DNA of 46,896 nt, taken from the IMG/VR virus record IMGVR_UViG_3300020169_000026, one strand, 5' to 3'. A program made the position numbers and the translations under genes. The notes under the pieces are model-generated. The model was given only the letters and a program-made list of their open reading frames with translations, did no database searches and was not told where the DNA came from. The DNA comes from a virus. Of this stretch, positions 32,679-40,953 are shown piece by piece; position 1 is the stretch's first letter; each line of letters begins with the position of its first letter.

Positions 32679-33073
32679 GATTATTATTTACCCTTTGTTT
32701 TGTAGCTAGTTCTGCTGTAGCAGATAGTAGTTCCCTTTCATTAGCATTACCTAACCCACCCATGAACTACCAGTCGGACTCATTTTCCACTGGGAGTATG
32801 AGGTGTAGTAATGCTGTTGGTGGGGGTGTAAATCTTGAGTACGGTGTAACAGGTGTACTATCAGGTTTAGATACAAATAGCAGGGGTAAAGATATTGGCG
32901 TGTACGCTAGAATTGTTATACCTTTAGATAAACCAAAGGCTCGTATAAACTGTGACGACCTATACCAAATAGAGTTAGCTCAACGTAGATTAGAGATACA
33001 GAAACTACGAGATGAACTAGAGCAACTAAAGAACCTACAAAGTTCTGGTGGTGAGATGGAGTTTGAGAACTAA
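32675..33073 (+). CDS. Exported protein with a C-terminal coiled coil
   Basis: 132 aa with signal peptide MRLLFTLCFVASSAVA-DS and C-terminal LAQRRLEIQKLRDELEQLKNLQ. Confidence 0.6.
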   Translation: MRLLFTLCFVASSAVADSSSLSLALPNPPMNYQSDSFSTGSMRCSNAVGGGVNLEYGVTGVLSGLDTNSRGKDIGVYARIVIPLDKPKARINCDDLYQIELAQRRLEIQKLRDELEQLKNLQSSGGEMEFEN

Positions 33074-33582
33074 TGGATACTACTAAGATAGCAGACAACA
33101 TAGATGGACTTGCAGATCGTGAGTTTAAGACAGGCGGTATGAAGGTATCATTTGGTTCTATCATGGCTATACTTGCTTTTCTATCTACTATTGTGGGTGG
33201 TCTATACGGTGGCTTTGTTTTGTACCAGAAGATAGAAGCAGTCGCTGGCCTCGACCTAGAAGAATACCAATTACAGATGAACATTATGGATGCAAAGGTA
33301 ACTGGTATATCTGAGAAGGTAGAAGAGTCTGTAGAATACAGTCGTGATATTAAGAATGGACTTAGATCTGATATTCTTAGTATAGAGAAACAGACGGATC
33401 GTGTAGAAGACATGGTACGTGAAACAGAAGATAAAGTACGTAATATGATAGATGACGCTGAAGTAAGGTTTGAGAACCAAAGAGAACGTGTCAGAGTATC
33501 ACAAAGTGGCTCGATGAAAGAACTCGAAGATAAACTTATGGATAAATTACAAAGGGCGTTAGATAACCCCTTAGCAGATTAG
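33073..33582 (+). CDS. Type II membrane coiled-coil protein (i-spanin-like?)
   Basis: 169 aa with one TM segment (FGSIMAILAFLSTIVGGLYGGFVLY) followed by a long charged helical region. Confidence 0.55.
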   Translation: MDTTKIADNIDGLADREFKTGGMKVSFGSIMAILAFLSTIVGGLYGGFVLYQKIEAVAGLDLEEYQLQMNIMDAKVTGISEKVEESVEYSRDIKNGLRSDILSIEKQTDRVEDMVRETEDKVRNMIDDAEVRFENQRERVRVSQSGSMKELEDKLMDKLQRALDNPLAD

Positions 33583-33591
33583 GAGACTAAT

Positions 33592-33753
33592 ATGAATTGG
33601 ATTAAAGATAGACTAAAAGAAAGAACTACATGGGACGGAGTTGCTCTATGTGGACTTGGAGTGATTGTAATACTATTACCTAACTCAATAGACAATATTG
33701 CCGCAGGTGTAGCTATCGCTTGGGGTGCATGGACTACTCTTAAGAATGAGTGA
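33592..33753 (+). CDS. Small membrane protein, holin candidate (53 aa, not in the ORF track)
   Basis: Hand translation gives MNWIKDRLKERTTWDGVALCGLGVIVILLPNSIDNIAAGVAIAWGAWTTLKNE. It has a GGAG SD, and the RLKE..TW.G motif recurs in small phage lysis-region proteins. Confidence 0.55.
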   Translation: MNWIKDRLKERTTWDGVALCGLGVIVILLPNSIDNIAAGVAIAWGAWTTLKNE

Positions 33754-34075
33754 ATTTGATAAAGTAGATAAAGATGGAAGTGGCACTATAGATAGATCAG
33801 AGTGGGAAGCACTTGAGCTAGAAGATAGACGCAGACGACTAGATGATGAAGATGCACAAAGAGATGCACAAAGACGTATGGCATGGTTCTGTCTAACAGG
33901 TATGCTTGCTTATCCTTTTTGTGTCGTATTAGCTAGTGCATTAGGATTAGATCAAGCGTCTTCTATTATAGGTTCTATGGCTTCCATCTACTTCCTATCA
34001 GTTGCTGGTATAGTTGGCGTATTCTTTGGCGTTACTAATATGAGCAAGAAAGAAGTGAAAGGTAATAACGGATAA
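33746..34075 (+). CDS. EF-hand membrane protein in the lysis cassette
   Basis: The track ORF starts at 33725. The ATG at 33746 overlaps the upstream stop. DKDGSGTIDRSE is a canonical 12-residue EF-hand loop, followed by two TM helices. Confidence 0.6.
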   Translation: MSEFDKVDKDGSGTIDRSEWEALELEDRRRRLDDEDAQRDAQRRMAWFCLTGMLAYPFCVVLASALGLDQASSIIGSMASIYFLSVAGIVGVFFGVTNMSKKEVKGNNG

Positions 34076-34431
34076 TGTTAGGACTAAACTTAATAGGTCA
34101 GGTAGCTAATTTAGCTGGTACTATGATCGAAGGTAAGACTGCTGTAAAGAAAGCAGAAGCTGAAACTAAGATGAAGATAGCTACAGGTGAGATCGACTGG
34201 GATATTGCCGCTATGAAAGCTACAGAGAACTCGTGGAAAGACGAGTGGATAACTCTACTCTTTTCGATTCCGTTAATTCTAGCGTTTTGTGGAGACTGGG
34301 GTAATCAAATCGTACAGGATGGTTTTGCCGCTTTATCTAACATGCCAAGCTGGTATCAATATTCCCTCGGTGGTATTGTAAGTGCTAGTATTGGTATGCG
34401 TGGCGTAAGCAAATACTTTGGAAAGAAATAA
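34075..34431 (+). CDS. Lysis-cassette membrane protein (holin-like)
   Basis: 118 aa, directly upstream of the endolysin, with hydrophobic segments after SWKDEWITLLFSIPLILAF. Confidence 0.5.
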   Translation: MLGLNLIGQVANLAGTMIEGKTAVKKAEAETKMKIATGEIDWDIAAMKATENSWKDEWITLLFSIPLILAFCGDWGNQIVQDGFAALSNMPSWYQYSLGGIVSASIGMRGVSKYFGKK

Positions 34432-34433
34432 AC

Positions 34434-34949
34434 ATGAAGAACAACTTTGATAAGTGCCTAGAAATGTTATTACATCACGAAGGTGGATACGTTAATAACG
34501 TCCACGATAAAGGTGGGATGACTAATTTGGGAGTCACTAAGAGAGTGTACGACAAGTGGATTGGTAGAGAGTCTACTGAACAAGAAATGAGAGACTTAAC
34601 TCCAGATGATGTAGCTCCTATCTATAAGAAGAACTACTGGGATCGTGTCAAAGGAGACATGCTACCTTCTGGTGTTGACTGGTGTGCATTTGATTGGGCT
34701 GTAAATAGTGGTTCTGGTCGCCCTGCTAAAGCTATACAAAGAGCAGTTGGGGCTACAGCAGATGGAGCTATAGGACCACAGACGTTAGGTCTTATAATGG
34801 AGAAAGATCCCAAGTTTATAATTGATTATGTATATACAGTACGTCAAGGCTTCTATGAAGGACTAGATGATTACAAACACTTTGGTCGTGGATGGTCACG
34901 GCGTAACAAAGAAACATTAGAACAAGCTCTCAGCATGGTTGAAGAGTAA
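34434..34949 (+). CDS. Endolysin, GH108 muramidase with a PG_binding_3 domain
   Basis: The N-terminus FDKCLEMLLHHEGGYVNNVHDKGGMTNLGVT is the GH108 signature, and ADGAIGPQTL belongs to the PG-binding domain. Confidence 0.9.
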   Translation: MKNNFDKCLEMLLHHEGGYVNNVHDKGGMTNLGVTKRVYDKWIGRESTEQEMRDLTPDDVAPIYKKNYWDRVKGDMLPSGVDWCAFDWAVNSGSGRPAKAIQRAVGATADGAIGPQTLGLIMEKDPKFIIDYVYTVRQGFYEGLDDYKHFGRGWSRRNKETLEQALSMVEE

Positions 34950-34956
34950 ACAAAAG

Positions 34957-34998
34957 AAAAGCCGTAGGTATCCACTCAAGGACGCCTACGGCTTTTTT
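34957..34998. terminator. Bidirectional rho-independent terminator at the convergence of the late and leftward operons
   Basis: AAAAGCCGTAGG-N16-CCTACGGCTTTTTT, with an A-run on one side and a T-run on the other. Confidence 0.8.
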
Positions 34999-35023
34999 GA
35001 TTCTATACTTGTGGTGTGAACCT

Positions 35024-35104
35024 ATTAATTCCCTCTCAGGTAGGCTACCCTATGGAAAGCTCTAACCCCTGTCACACAACGCTTAATTTCCCTCTCAGGG
35101 GCTA
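35024..35104 (+). repeat. Two copies of TTAATT(T)CCCTCTCAGG
   Basis: Copies at 35024..35044 and 35083..35104 are variants of the dispersed AATTCCC-N-GGGG hairpin motif. Confidence 0.8.
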
Positions 35105-35242
35105 TTTAACACCTACTGCATCCATCGTAATTGCAAGACCTTCGAATAGAGTTTTTATATCTTGATTTAGCTTAGATATGATCCACACTAAGTAGGTAGA
35201 GAGAGCTAGATTACCTAACAGTATTCCTTCGTTTATTGTCAT
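35102..35242 (-). CDS. Small hypothetical protein (46 aa, not in the ORF track)
   Basis: ATGA overlap with the stop of 35239..35505. Hand translation gives MTINEGILLGNLALSTYLVWIISKLNQDIKTLFEGLAITMDAVGVK. Confidence 0.45.
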   Translation of the reverse strand: MTINEGILLGNLALSTYLVWIISKLNQDIKTLFEGLAITMDAVGVK

Positions 35243-35505
35243 TTATGTTTCTCCGATAATGCTTCATTCATACGCTTAAGATACCATTCAGCTTTCTTCA
35301 TATCCTCTACAGGATTAGCTTTGTACCTATACCTATGTTGATACTTAATCATGTTCCCATGACAGTAGGCTATAAAACCATCAGTACCTAAGACTTGTCT
35401 AATATAGTCAATACATTCAATACCTTCTTGGTTGTAGTGAGCAGGTTTATTAACTGGGTCGAAACCCATCTCTTGTTGTTTCTGATCTAAATTCCACTTA
35501 GCCAT
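35239..35505 (-). CDS. DUF3310-family protein
   Basis: The motif PAHYNQEGIECIDYI...NMIKYQHRYRYK...EDMKKAEWYL matches the DUF3310 pattern. Confidence 0.75.
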   Translation of the reverse strand: MAKWNLDQKQQEMGFDPVNKPAHYNQEGIECIDYIRQVLGTDGFIAYCHGNMIKYQHRYRYKANPVEDMKKAEWYLKRMNEALSEKHK

Positions 35506-35734
35506 TTTTGTTTAGGTGTTCCCTTAGTTCTGTATAGCCCCCAAGGTGAGTGCCATCTGGTTTAAATATTTGAGGTACTGTAGTATAGCCTGACTTACGC
35601 ATTAAAGTCAACAGCCACTTACTGCTTGGAGACTGGACATTGTATGTTGTTACCTGACTACCTGCGACACCCCTTAGTAGTTGTAAAGAGGCATCACAGA
35701 AGTTACATTGGTTTCTAGTTATTACTATCCACAT
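35498..35734 (-). CDS. Glutaredoxin/NrdH-like redoxin
   Basis: 78 aa with CNFC (CxxC) near the N-terminus and TVPQIF...GGYTEL. It is adjacent to the RNR gene. Confidence 0.8.
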   Translation of the reverse strand: MWIVITRNQCNFCDASLQLLRGVAGSQVTTYNVQSPSSKWLLTLMRKSGYTTVPQIFKPDGTHLGGYTELREHLNKNG

Positions 35735-37644
35735 TAAACGAGATCTACAATCTCACAGCTATCCCCAGAACAAGCTAATGTCTGGCTACCTGCTGTGTTA
35801 TCTTCTTGTTCATACTCTGATAGCTTAGACCAATCAATAGCTTTGGGCATTACATCTAGAAGTATCTCATAAGTTGTCTCATCACAGTCTTGATAAGGTG
35901 CTTGTTGATACGTATGTTCATTGAATGGTAAGAACGACACACCTGACATCTCATCAAAGTGTCTATACACAAATGCTCCTACTTCAAACCATTCGTCTTT
36001 CTTAACATTAATAGTCACACTAGGCTTATGCTCACACCAACTACGTTGATAAGCTAACCACATCTCTAGTTGTTGTATGGCTGACATATCGGCAGTAACT
36101 GTTGCACCCTCTGGAGCTTTCATAGGGAAGCTAAACACTGTAGTTTGTTCTGGCTTCATTACGTCTGGCTCATTAGGTATACCTTGATCCATCATAAACT
36201 TTGTTAACGGGTCTTTGTTGTCTCCGCGTACAGTGCGAATATAATAGGCTGAGTGACGAGCGTGAATCCCACTGCTAGAGTTAACCAGTTGGCTGACAGT
36301 ACCGCTTGGTTTAACACAGCTGATAGCAGTACTGACAGGGATATCAAGGCGTTTAGCCCAAGTAGCATTAGTATCGACAGCGATCTGTTTGAGGTGTCCA
36401 AGAGTATTCTCCAATCCTTTATTTGCGGTTGTCATTATAGGATTGTCCATGATACCTGTCATAGATACACCTAGTAGTCTTTCTTCTTCAGTATTCTTTT
36501 GCCATATCTTACGTAGGTATGGAAACTTAGTAAACGATGATTGTATAGTACCTAGTATTGTAGCTATTCTAACCTTACGTTCTAAGTCATCAACAGTATC
36601 TGTAGCACGTATAACTACTTCTGTTAAATTACAGAATTGTGCTGGCCTCAAAATTATCTCACTGCAAGGATTCGTCCCGAACTCAAAGCTAGGATCTCGT
36701 CTACCATTCTTAGCCGCTTGCTTCTTAGATGCTTCACGATTAAAGATACCACGTTCACCACTCCCACTTTCCACTAGAGCCATCCACTCACGCATAAACG
36801 ACAAACTGTCTGGCTTCTCGGTATAAGATACAGAGTTGTTAGCTAATGCTCTTTGTGGATCGTTATCCCACCATGAACCTGACTTAGCATGTCTCATACG
36901 ATCATCTGATAGATTAGATAATGAGATCATAGCAGACCTACGTACACCACCTACTACGACTACCTCACCTATCTTACACATAATATCGTGACACTCTAGA
37001 GACGATAGTCTACGTCCCTTAGCTTCTGTAAATACTTTAGTAACAAAGTTAAATAGGTCTATAAGAGGGGCTGGTCCAGATGCTCTACCACCAAAGGTCT
37101 TTAGCTTTGCACCTGCTGGTCTTACCTTAGATACATCCCACTTAGGTACTTCTCCGCTATACAACAATGCTATGAGTTGTCTTAGAGACTTAGCCCAACC
37201 TTCTTTACTGTCTTTTACAATAATAGTAGTATCACTGTTAAACATAGACTCAGGTATCTCAGGTAGTTTTTGTATAGACTGTCTCTCTACAGAGAACCCT
37301 ACACCTGTACCACACAACAATATAAACATAGCTTCGTCAAAGGCTTTAATATCATCTACAGCTAAGTAAGAGCAATTATAACCTGCTGTATTGTCGCGAG
37401 CCATAGCTGGACCAGCAGTCATGAGGGCGCGCATACTTGGGCAAACTTCTAGGTTTAGTATAGCTTCTTCTATCTCTGCTATCTGCTTAGGGTAATCTCC
37501 TAAAGCTGGCTTAACTAAGTTATCCATATACCTAGTTACTGTCTCTCCCCAAGACTCTCTTCTGCCTTCTGCTTCTAACCAACGAGCATAACGTGACTTG
37601 TGTATAAATGATTGGTAGTCTGTTGGTAAGTAGTTGTCACTCAT
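35734..37644 (-). CDS. nrdJ: Class II (adenosylcobalamin-dependent) ribonucleotide reductase
   Basis: 636 aa. The active-site motif TNPCSEIILRPAQFCNLTEV and the overall layout fit monomeric class II RNRs common in marine phages. Confidence 0.8.
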   Translation of the reverse strand: MSDNYLPTDYQSFIHKSRYARWLEAEGRRESWGETVTRYMDNLVKPALGDYPKQIAEIEEAILNLEVCPSMRALMTAGPAMARDNTAGYNCSYLAVDDIKAFDEAMFILLCGTGVGFSVERQSIQKLPEIPESMFNSDTTIIVKDSKEGWAKSLRQLIALLYSGEVPKWDVSKVRPAGAKLKTFGGRASGPAPLIDLFNFVTKVFTEAKGRRLSSLECHDIMCKIGEVVVVGGVRRSAMISLSNLSDDRMRHAKSGSWWDNDPQRALANNSVSYTEKPDSLSFMREWMALVESGSGERGIFNREASKKQAAKNGRRDPSFEFGTNPCSEIILRPAQFCNLTEVVIRATDTVDDLERKVRIATILGTIQSSFTKFPYLRKIWQKNTEEERLLGVSMTGIMDNPIMTTANKGLENTLGHLKQIAVDTNATWAKRLDIPVSTAISCVKPSGTVSQLVNSSSGIHARHSAYYIRTVRGDNKDPLTKFMMDQGIPNEPDVMKPEQTTVFSFPMKAPEGATVTADMSAIQQLEMWLAYQRSWCEHKPSVTINVKKDEWFEVGAFVYRHFDEMSGVSFLPFNEHTYQQAPYQDCDETTYEILLDVMPKAIDWSKLSEYEQEDNTAGSQTLACSGDSCEIVDLV

Positions 37645-37841
37645 TTCTTGCCGCCTCTTTCTTGTCTATCTTCTTTAAACCATATCATGCGATCTATGTC
37701 GCCGCGAGTAAGACCTATATCTTTTAGTTCTCTATCAGTTAACCTATTCAGATGTTTGACTGCATCTCTGTGCATCTGCCATGTAATCATGTAATTGATA
37801 AACCTATACCACCATCTACCAAACGCTCTTAGTATCCTCAT
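37641..37841 (-). CDS. DUF1127-domain small protein
   Basis: 66 aa. LNRLTDRELKDIGLTRGDIDRM is the DUF1127 signature (L..LsDr.L.DIGL.R.di). Confidence 0.7.
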   Translation of the reverse strand: MRILRAFGRWWYRFINYMITWQMHRDAVKHLNRLTDRELKDIGLTRGDIDRMIWFKEDRQERGGKK

Positions 37842-38155
37842 CTATTATCTCCTGATCCTTTTATCTTATCTCTATTCTTACGGCTTGTTAGCTTCTCAAT
37901 ATTTATGTCAGCTATCTCATCTAAGTTATAACCTATGTCATTAGCTAAGTTAGATAAGTACCACAGTACATCGCCTAATTCCTTCGCTACCTCATGTCGG
38001 TTAAACACACCATCTCTTACTTGCTTCTTAACCTTCTCAGCTACTTCCCCTGTCTCCCCACATAAACCTAAAGCAGGGTACAGAACCTTATGCGTTGCAG
38101 GGTATATAGCAAAGCTAACTGCTTTCTGTTGGTATTCTCTAAATCCTATTGTCAT
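37838..38155 (-). CDS. mazG: MazG-like nucleotide pyrophosphohydrolase
   Basis: The motifs GLCGETGEVAEKVKK...ELGDVLWYLSNLANDIG match the MazG EExxE/D pattern. Confidence 0.8.
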   Translation of the reverse strand: MTIGFREYQQKAVSFAIYPATHKVLYPALGLCGETGEVAEKVKKQVRDGVFNRHEVAKELGDVLWYLSNLANDIGYNLDEIADINIEKLTSRKNRDKIKGSGDNR

Positions 38156-38697
38156 ACTGTTCTTCCATAAAATTCTGTTGGTTTCATATCTTCTTTATAA
38201 GCGTCAAACAAGTACCAACAACAGTTGTCCTTACCTACACCCTTACTACCTTCTATCCACTTAACACGACCTATTGATACAACCTTAGAACAATAAGTCA
38301 TAAACAAAGCTGACTGCTTAGTGTGCATCCAATCAGCATCAAACAATAACCAAGTAGGACAGATACCTAACCAATGATCTATTAGTGGATGTAATATCTT
38401 TCTGTCCCATGGGGGGTTGGTTATCATATAGTCCATTACTCCATACCCACCAAAGTCAAGATTAAGAGCATTAGAAGTAAATATGTCGGTATGTCTTGGC
38501 TCAATGTCACTAGCATATATACACTCTCCTGTACCTTGAGTTAGTTTATTTATGTGCCTTATTAAGCGTCCGTCACCAGCACAAGGCTCTACATAGTCAA
38601 ATGCATATGGTAAGTGGTATACAAGAGGCTCTACAGCTTCTATAGGTGTTGGATAGTAATCTCTGGGTATTCTCTCAAAGTCACTACGTTTACCCAT
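38152..38697 (-). CDS. Short DNA N6-adenine methyltransferase (gamma-class motif order)
   Basis: YYPTP, EPCAGDG (motif I) and NPPW (motif IV). At only 181 aa there is no obvious large target-recognition domain. Confidence 0.7.
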   Translation of the reverse strand: MGKRSDFERIPRDYYPTPIEAVEPLVYHLPYAFDYVEPCAGDGRLIRHINKLTQGTGECIYASDIEPRHTDIFTSNALNLDFGGYGVMDYMITNPPWDRKILHPLIDHWLGICPTWLLFDADWMHTKQSALFMTYCSKVVSIGRVKWIEGSKGVGKDNCCWYLFDAYKEDMKPTEFYGRTV

Positions 38698-39460
38698 ACA
38701 ACTCCTTTAACCTCTTTAACGACACAAACTCTGGCTCATACATACCATTGTCTATCTCACGTTTGATTACTACACCCTTCCACCAATCAAGATTAGACTG
38801 ACCTGCCCAACCTTCTTCAGCGCCCTTAAAGCAACCTGCTACAAGTCCTATAGCTTTAGCTCCATCCTTAAACTTTAGATCACGTTTATGACTGTGGCCA
38901 CAAGTAGAGCTTGTGTATCTGTGACCTAACAGAGTATTAGCGTGGTGTAATCCAGACACAGCAGAACCGAAGTTACCTGCTTGGAAGAAGTGAGCATACG
39001 ACACACCATCATATACAGCTATAGATGGTCCTGAGTTTCTGTATTCGTGGTAGTCGTCGAACCAGTGGTCTGTTTGAAGATGCCCAAAGGATATCCCGTA
39101 TTTGTCTCCCTCAAGTCTGGGATCACTTTTGAGTGCCTTCTTAATCCTGTTTTCGTGGTTGCCTTCGAAGCCAATCCATCTGGGTCTTTTGTACTTTCGT
39201 TGACTGGGCTTTTGTCTAAGCCTATCCATAGATTCATTGTAATGCTCGATATCTTGTTCATAGCTCTGACTGACAATAGCTTCAGGACTCCTAGTATCAA
39301 AACTATTGAGAGAACGCATATCAGCACCATCACCAAGGTCGATAATATAGTTGGGGTTAACATCATATATTAATTCTCCTAGCCAATCAAATCTTTCGTT
39401 ACTTGTAGTAGGGTCTGCATGAGCGCAACTAAATACAACTGCTGTTTTAGACATATTCAT
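38690..39460 (-). CDS. Calcineurin-like metallophosphoesterase
   Basis: The motifs SCAHAD, DLGDGADM, GNHENR and GHSHK match the family. Confidence 0.8.
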   Translation of the reverse strand: MNMSKTAVVFSCAHADPTTSNERFDWLGELIYDVNPNYIIDLGDGADMRSLNSFDTRSPEAIVSQSYEQDIEHYNESMDRLRQKPSQRKYKRPRWIGFEGNHENRIKKALKSDPRLEGDKYGISFGHLQTDHWFDDYHEYRNSGPSIAVYDGVSYAHFFQAGNFGSAVSGLHHANTLLGHRYTSSTCGHSHKRDLKFKDGAKAIGLVAGCFKGAEEGWAGQSNLDWWKGVVIKREIDNGMYEPEFVSLKRLKELYG

Positions 39461-39677
39461 TTCCTTCGTGGGGTATATTTATAACTATAGGATCTATAGT
39501 AGATAAAAAGTAGGATTGGAATTTATAGGCGGCATCAAAGTTAATAAAAGGTATATCGTCTTGAAACATCTCCTTAGCTTCTACATCTTCTACACTGCAT
39601 GTTAACCACCAATTACCTTCTGGGCATTGAAATGGTCCGCTGATTACTCTGTGTACATGATAAGTTATTTGATCCAT
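39447..39677 (-). CDS. Hypothetical protein
   Basis: 76-aa ORF overlapping both neighbours in the operon. Confidence 0.55.
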   Translation of the reverse strand: MDQITYHVHRVISGPFQCPEGNWWLTCSVEDVEAKEMFQDDIPFINFDAAYKFQSYFLSTIDPIVINIPHEGNEYV

Positions 39678-40063
39678 TCGTCGGGTATCCTTTTGTCTGC
39701 ATATAGAAAGTTATTCTTCTCACACCACATAGCATATGTAGTCTTAGATCCTTTACGAATCTTATTCTTACTGTTGCTGAATACAAACCTTATGTCAAGG
39801 TCAGGGTTTTGTTCTCTAACCTTAAGGTGCTTCTTCCTATCGTCTGGAACGAACCTTCCTTTTGATTCAATTATGATACCATTGGGTAGTATAAAGTCAG
39901 GGGTGTAAGTCTTGTTCTCTACTAACTTCCAGTTTATCTTAACTGTCTCGTAGCCAAAGTCTACACCCCTGTCCTTGAGGTCTTTCGATATGACATCCTC
40001 AAGCCCAGAACGATAACCATTCTTTATAGCTTGTTGTCGGATCTTACTTTTGGTGGTTGCCAT
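39665..40063 (-). CDS. T7 gp3-like endonuclease I (Holliday junction resolvase)
   Basis: YRSGLEDVISKDL...YTPDFILPNGIIIESKGRFVPDDRKKHLKVREQNPDLDIRFVFS...IPDEWIK aligns closely with T7 endonuclease I. Confidence 0.9.
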   Translation of the reverse strand: MATTKSKIRQQAIKNGYRSGLEDVISKDLKDRGVDFGYETVKINWKLVENKTYTPDFILPNGIIIESKGRFVPDDRKKHLKVREQNPDLDIRFVFSNSKNKIRKGSKTTYAMWCEKNNFLYADKRIPDEWIK

Positions 40064-40743
40064 ATCTCTTCCTCTTCTCTCCTAAGCCATAACAGCCTAG
40101 CGTTTTCTATTACTCTATCTTCATTTCCATCGTAGGCTTTAACGACACAATCCCAGAGATCTTCTTCTGTCTCTGCATCATCTAATATCTTCTTAGCCTT
40201 AACTGGACCAACACGAAACAGACCTACTATATTGTCTGCTGTATCTCCTGTTAGTATCTGAGTATAGAAGAACTTAATTCCCCCGAAGGGGGTTACTTCT
40301 AGATAGTCGCCTCTAACTATGTTAAAGTGCCAACAAGGTAACTGTAGCATGTCTTTATCTATAGAGGCTACACAAGCCTTGTAATCTAGTCTGGCGGCTT
40401 CTTTAGCAATGAGGTCATCGGCTTCCTCTCCTTTACTTATGATTGCTTGATACTTGCTTTCCATGTGATCTCTAGCGGTCTGCAAGTGTCTAGGTTTCTG
40501 AACGCTTTTTCTATTTCCCTTGTAGGGGTAGGACTTAGCTATATCATCTCTGAAGTTACCTTTACCTGTAAGGTACACAGAATAATCTAAACCTATCTCT
40601 GGAAATAATACGGTGCTATCTAAAATGAATTCTATGAGGTCATCAACTTTATCTCTTGTGTCTTGTGACCCCATCTGTTCAGTGGAGAAGGCCGCACGAT
40701 AAGCAATTATGTCTCCATCGATTAGAACCTTCCCCATATCCAT
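40024..40743 (-). CDS. T7 gp6-like 5'-3' exonuclease (FEN family)
   Basis: LIDGDIIAY, YKGNRK..KP, EADD, SIDKD, GDTADNIVG and LWDCV are blocks shared with T7 gp6. Confidence 0.75.
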   Translation of the reverse strand: MDMGKVLIDGDIIAYRAAFSTEQMGSQDTRDKVDDLIEFILDSTVLFPEIGLDYSVYLTGKGNFRDDIAKSYPYKGNRKSVQKPRHLQTARDHMESKYQAIISKGEEADDLIAKEAARLDYKACVASIDKDMLQLPCWHFNIVRGDYLEVTPFGGIKFFYTQILTGDTADNIVGLFRVGPVKAKKILDDAETEEDLWDCVVKAYDGNEDRVIENARLLWLRREEEEIWQPPKVRSDNKL

Positions 40744-40944
40744 TTAAGTGTCACCCCACATCATCTCACCATCTTCGCACTCGAAACCTACAGACTTAAC
40801 ATAGGTGAAACCAAAAGCATGTGCGGCTTCAGCAAATAGTTGAGCTAACTCGTGGGCTTCTGTAATATCGTCCCTACTCATATCAACGCTTCCGCTGTAA
40901 CCATCATCATCTTTTTCCATGTACGCATTAACACTTACTCTCAT
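40744..40944 (-). CDS. Hypothetical acidic protein
   Basis: 66-aa ORF, operon-packed. Confidence 0.55.
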   Translation of the reverse strand: MRVSVNAYMEKDDDGYSGSVDMSRDDITEAHELAQLFAEAAHAFGFTYVKSVGFECEDGEMMWGDT

Positions 40945-40953
40945 AGTCTTTCC

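Noticed and set aside
32675-32740. Possible o-spanin lipobox (LFTLC) in the 132-aa exported protein
   Set aside because: The residue at -1 is Leu rather than Gly, Ala or Ser. The sequence is better read as a signal peptidase I site (AVA-DS). A spanin assignment is not supported.
35024-35104. Resemblance of TTAATTCCCTCTCAGG to T3/T7-class single-subunit RNAP promoters (AATTAACCCTCACTAAAGGGAGA)
   Set aside because: The genome encodes no single-subunit RNA polymerase. The copies occur inside genes irrespective of transcription direction, and four lie 16-25 bp apart, which is incompatible with promoters.
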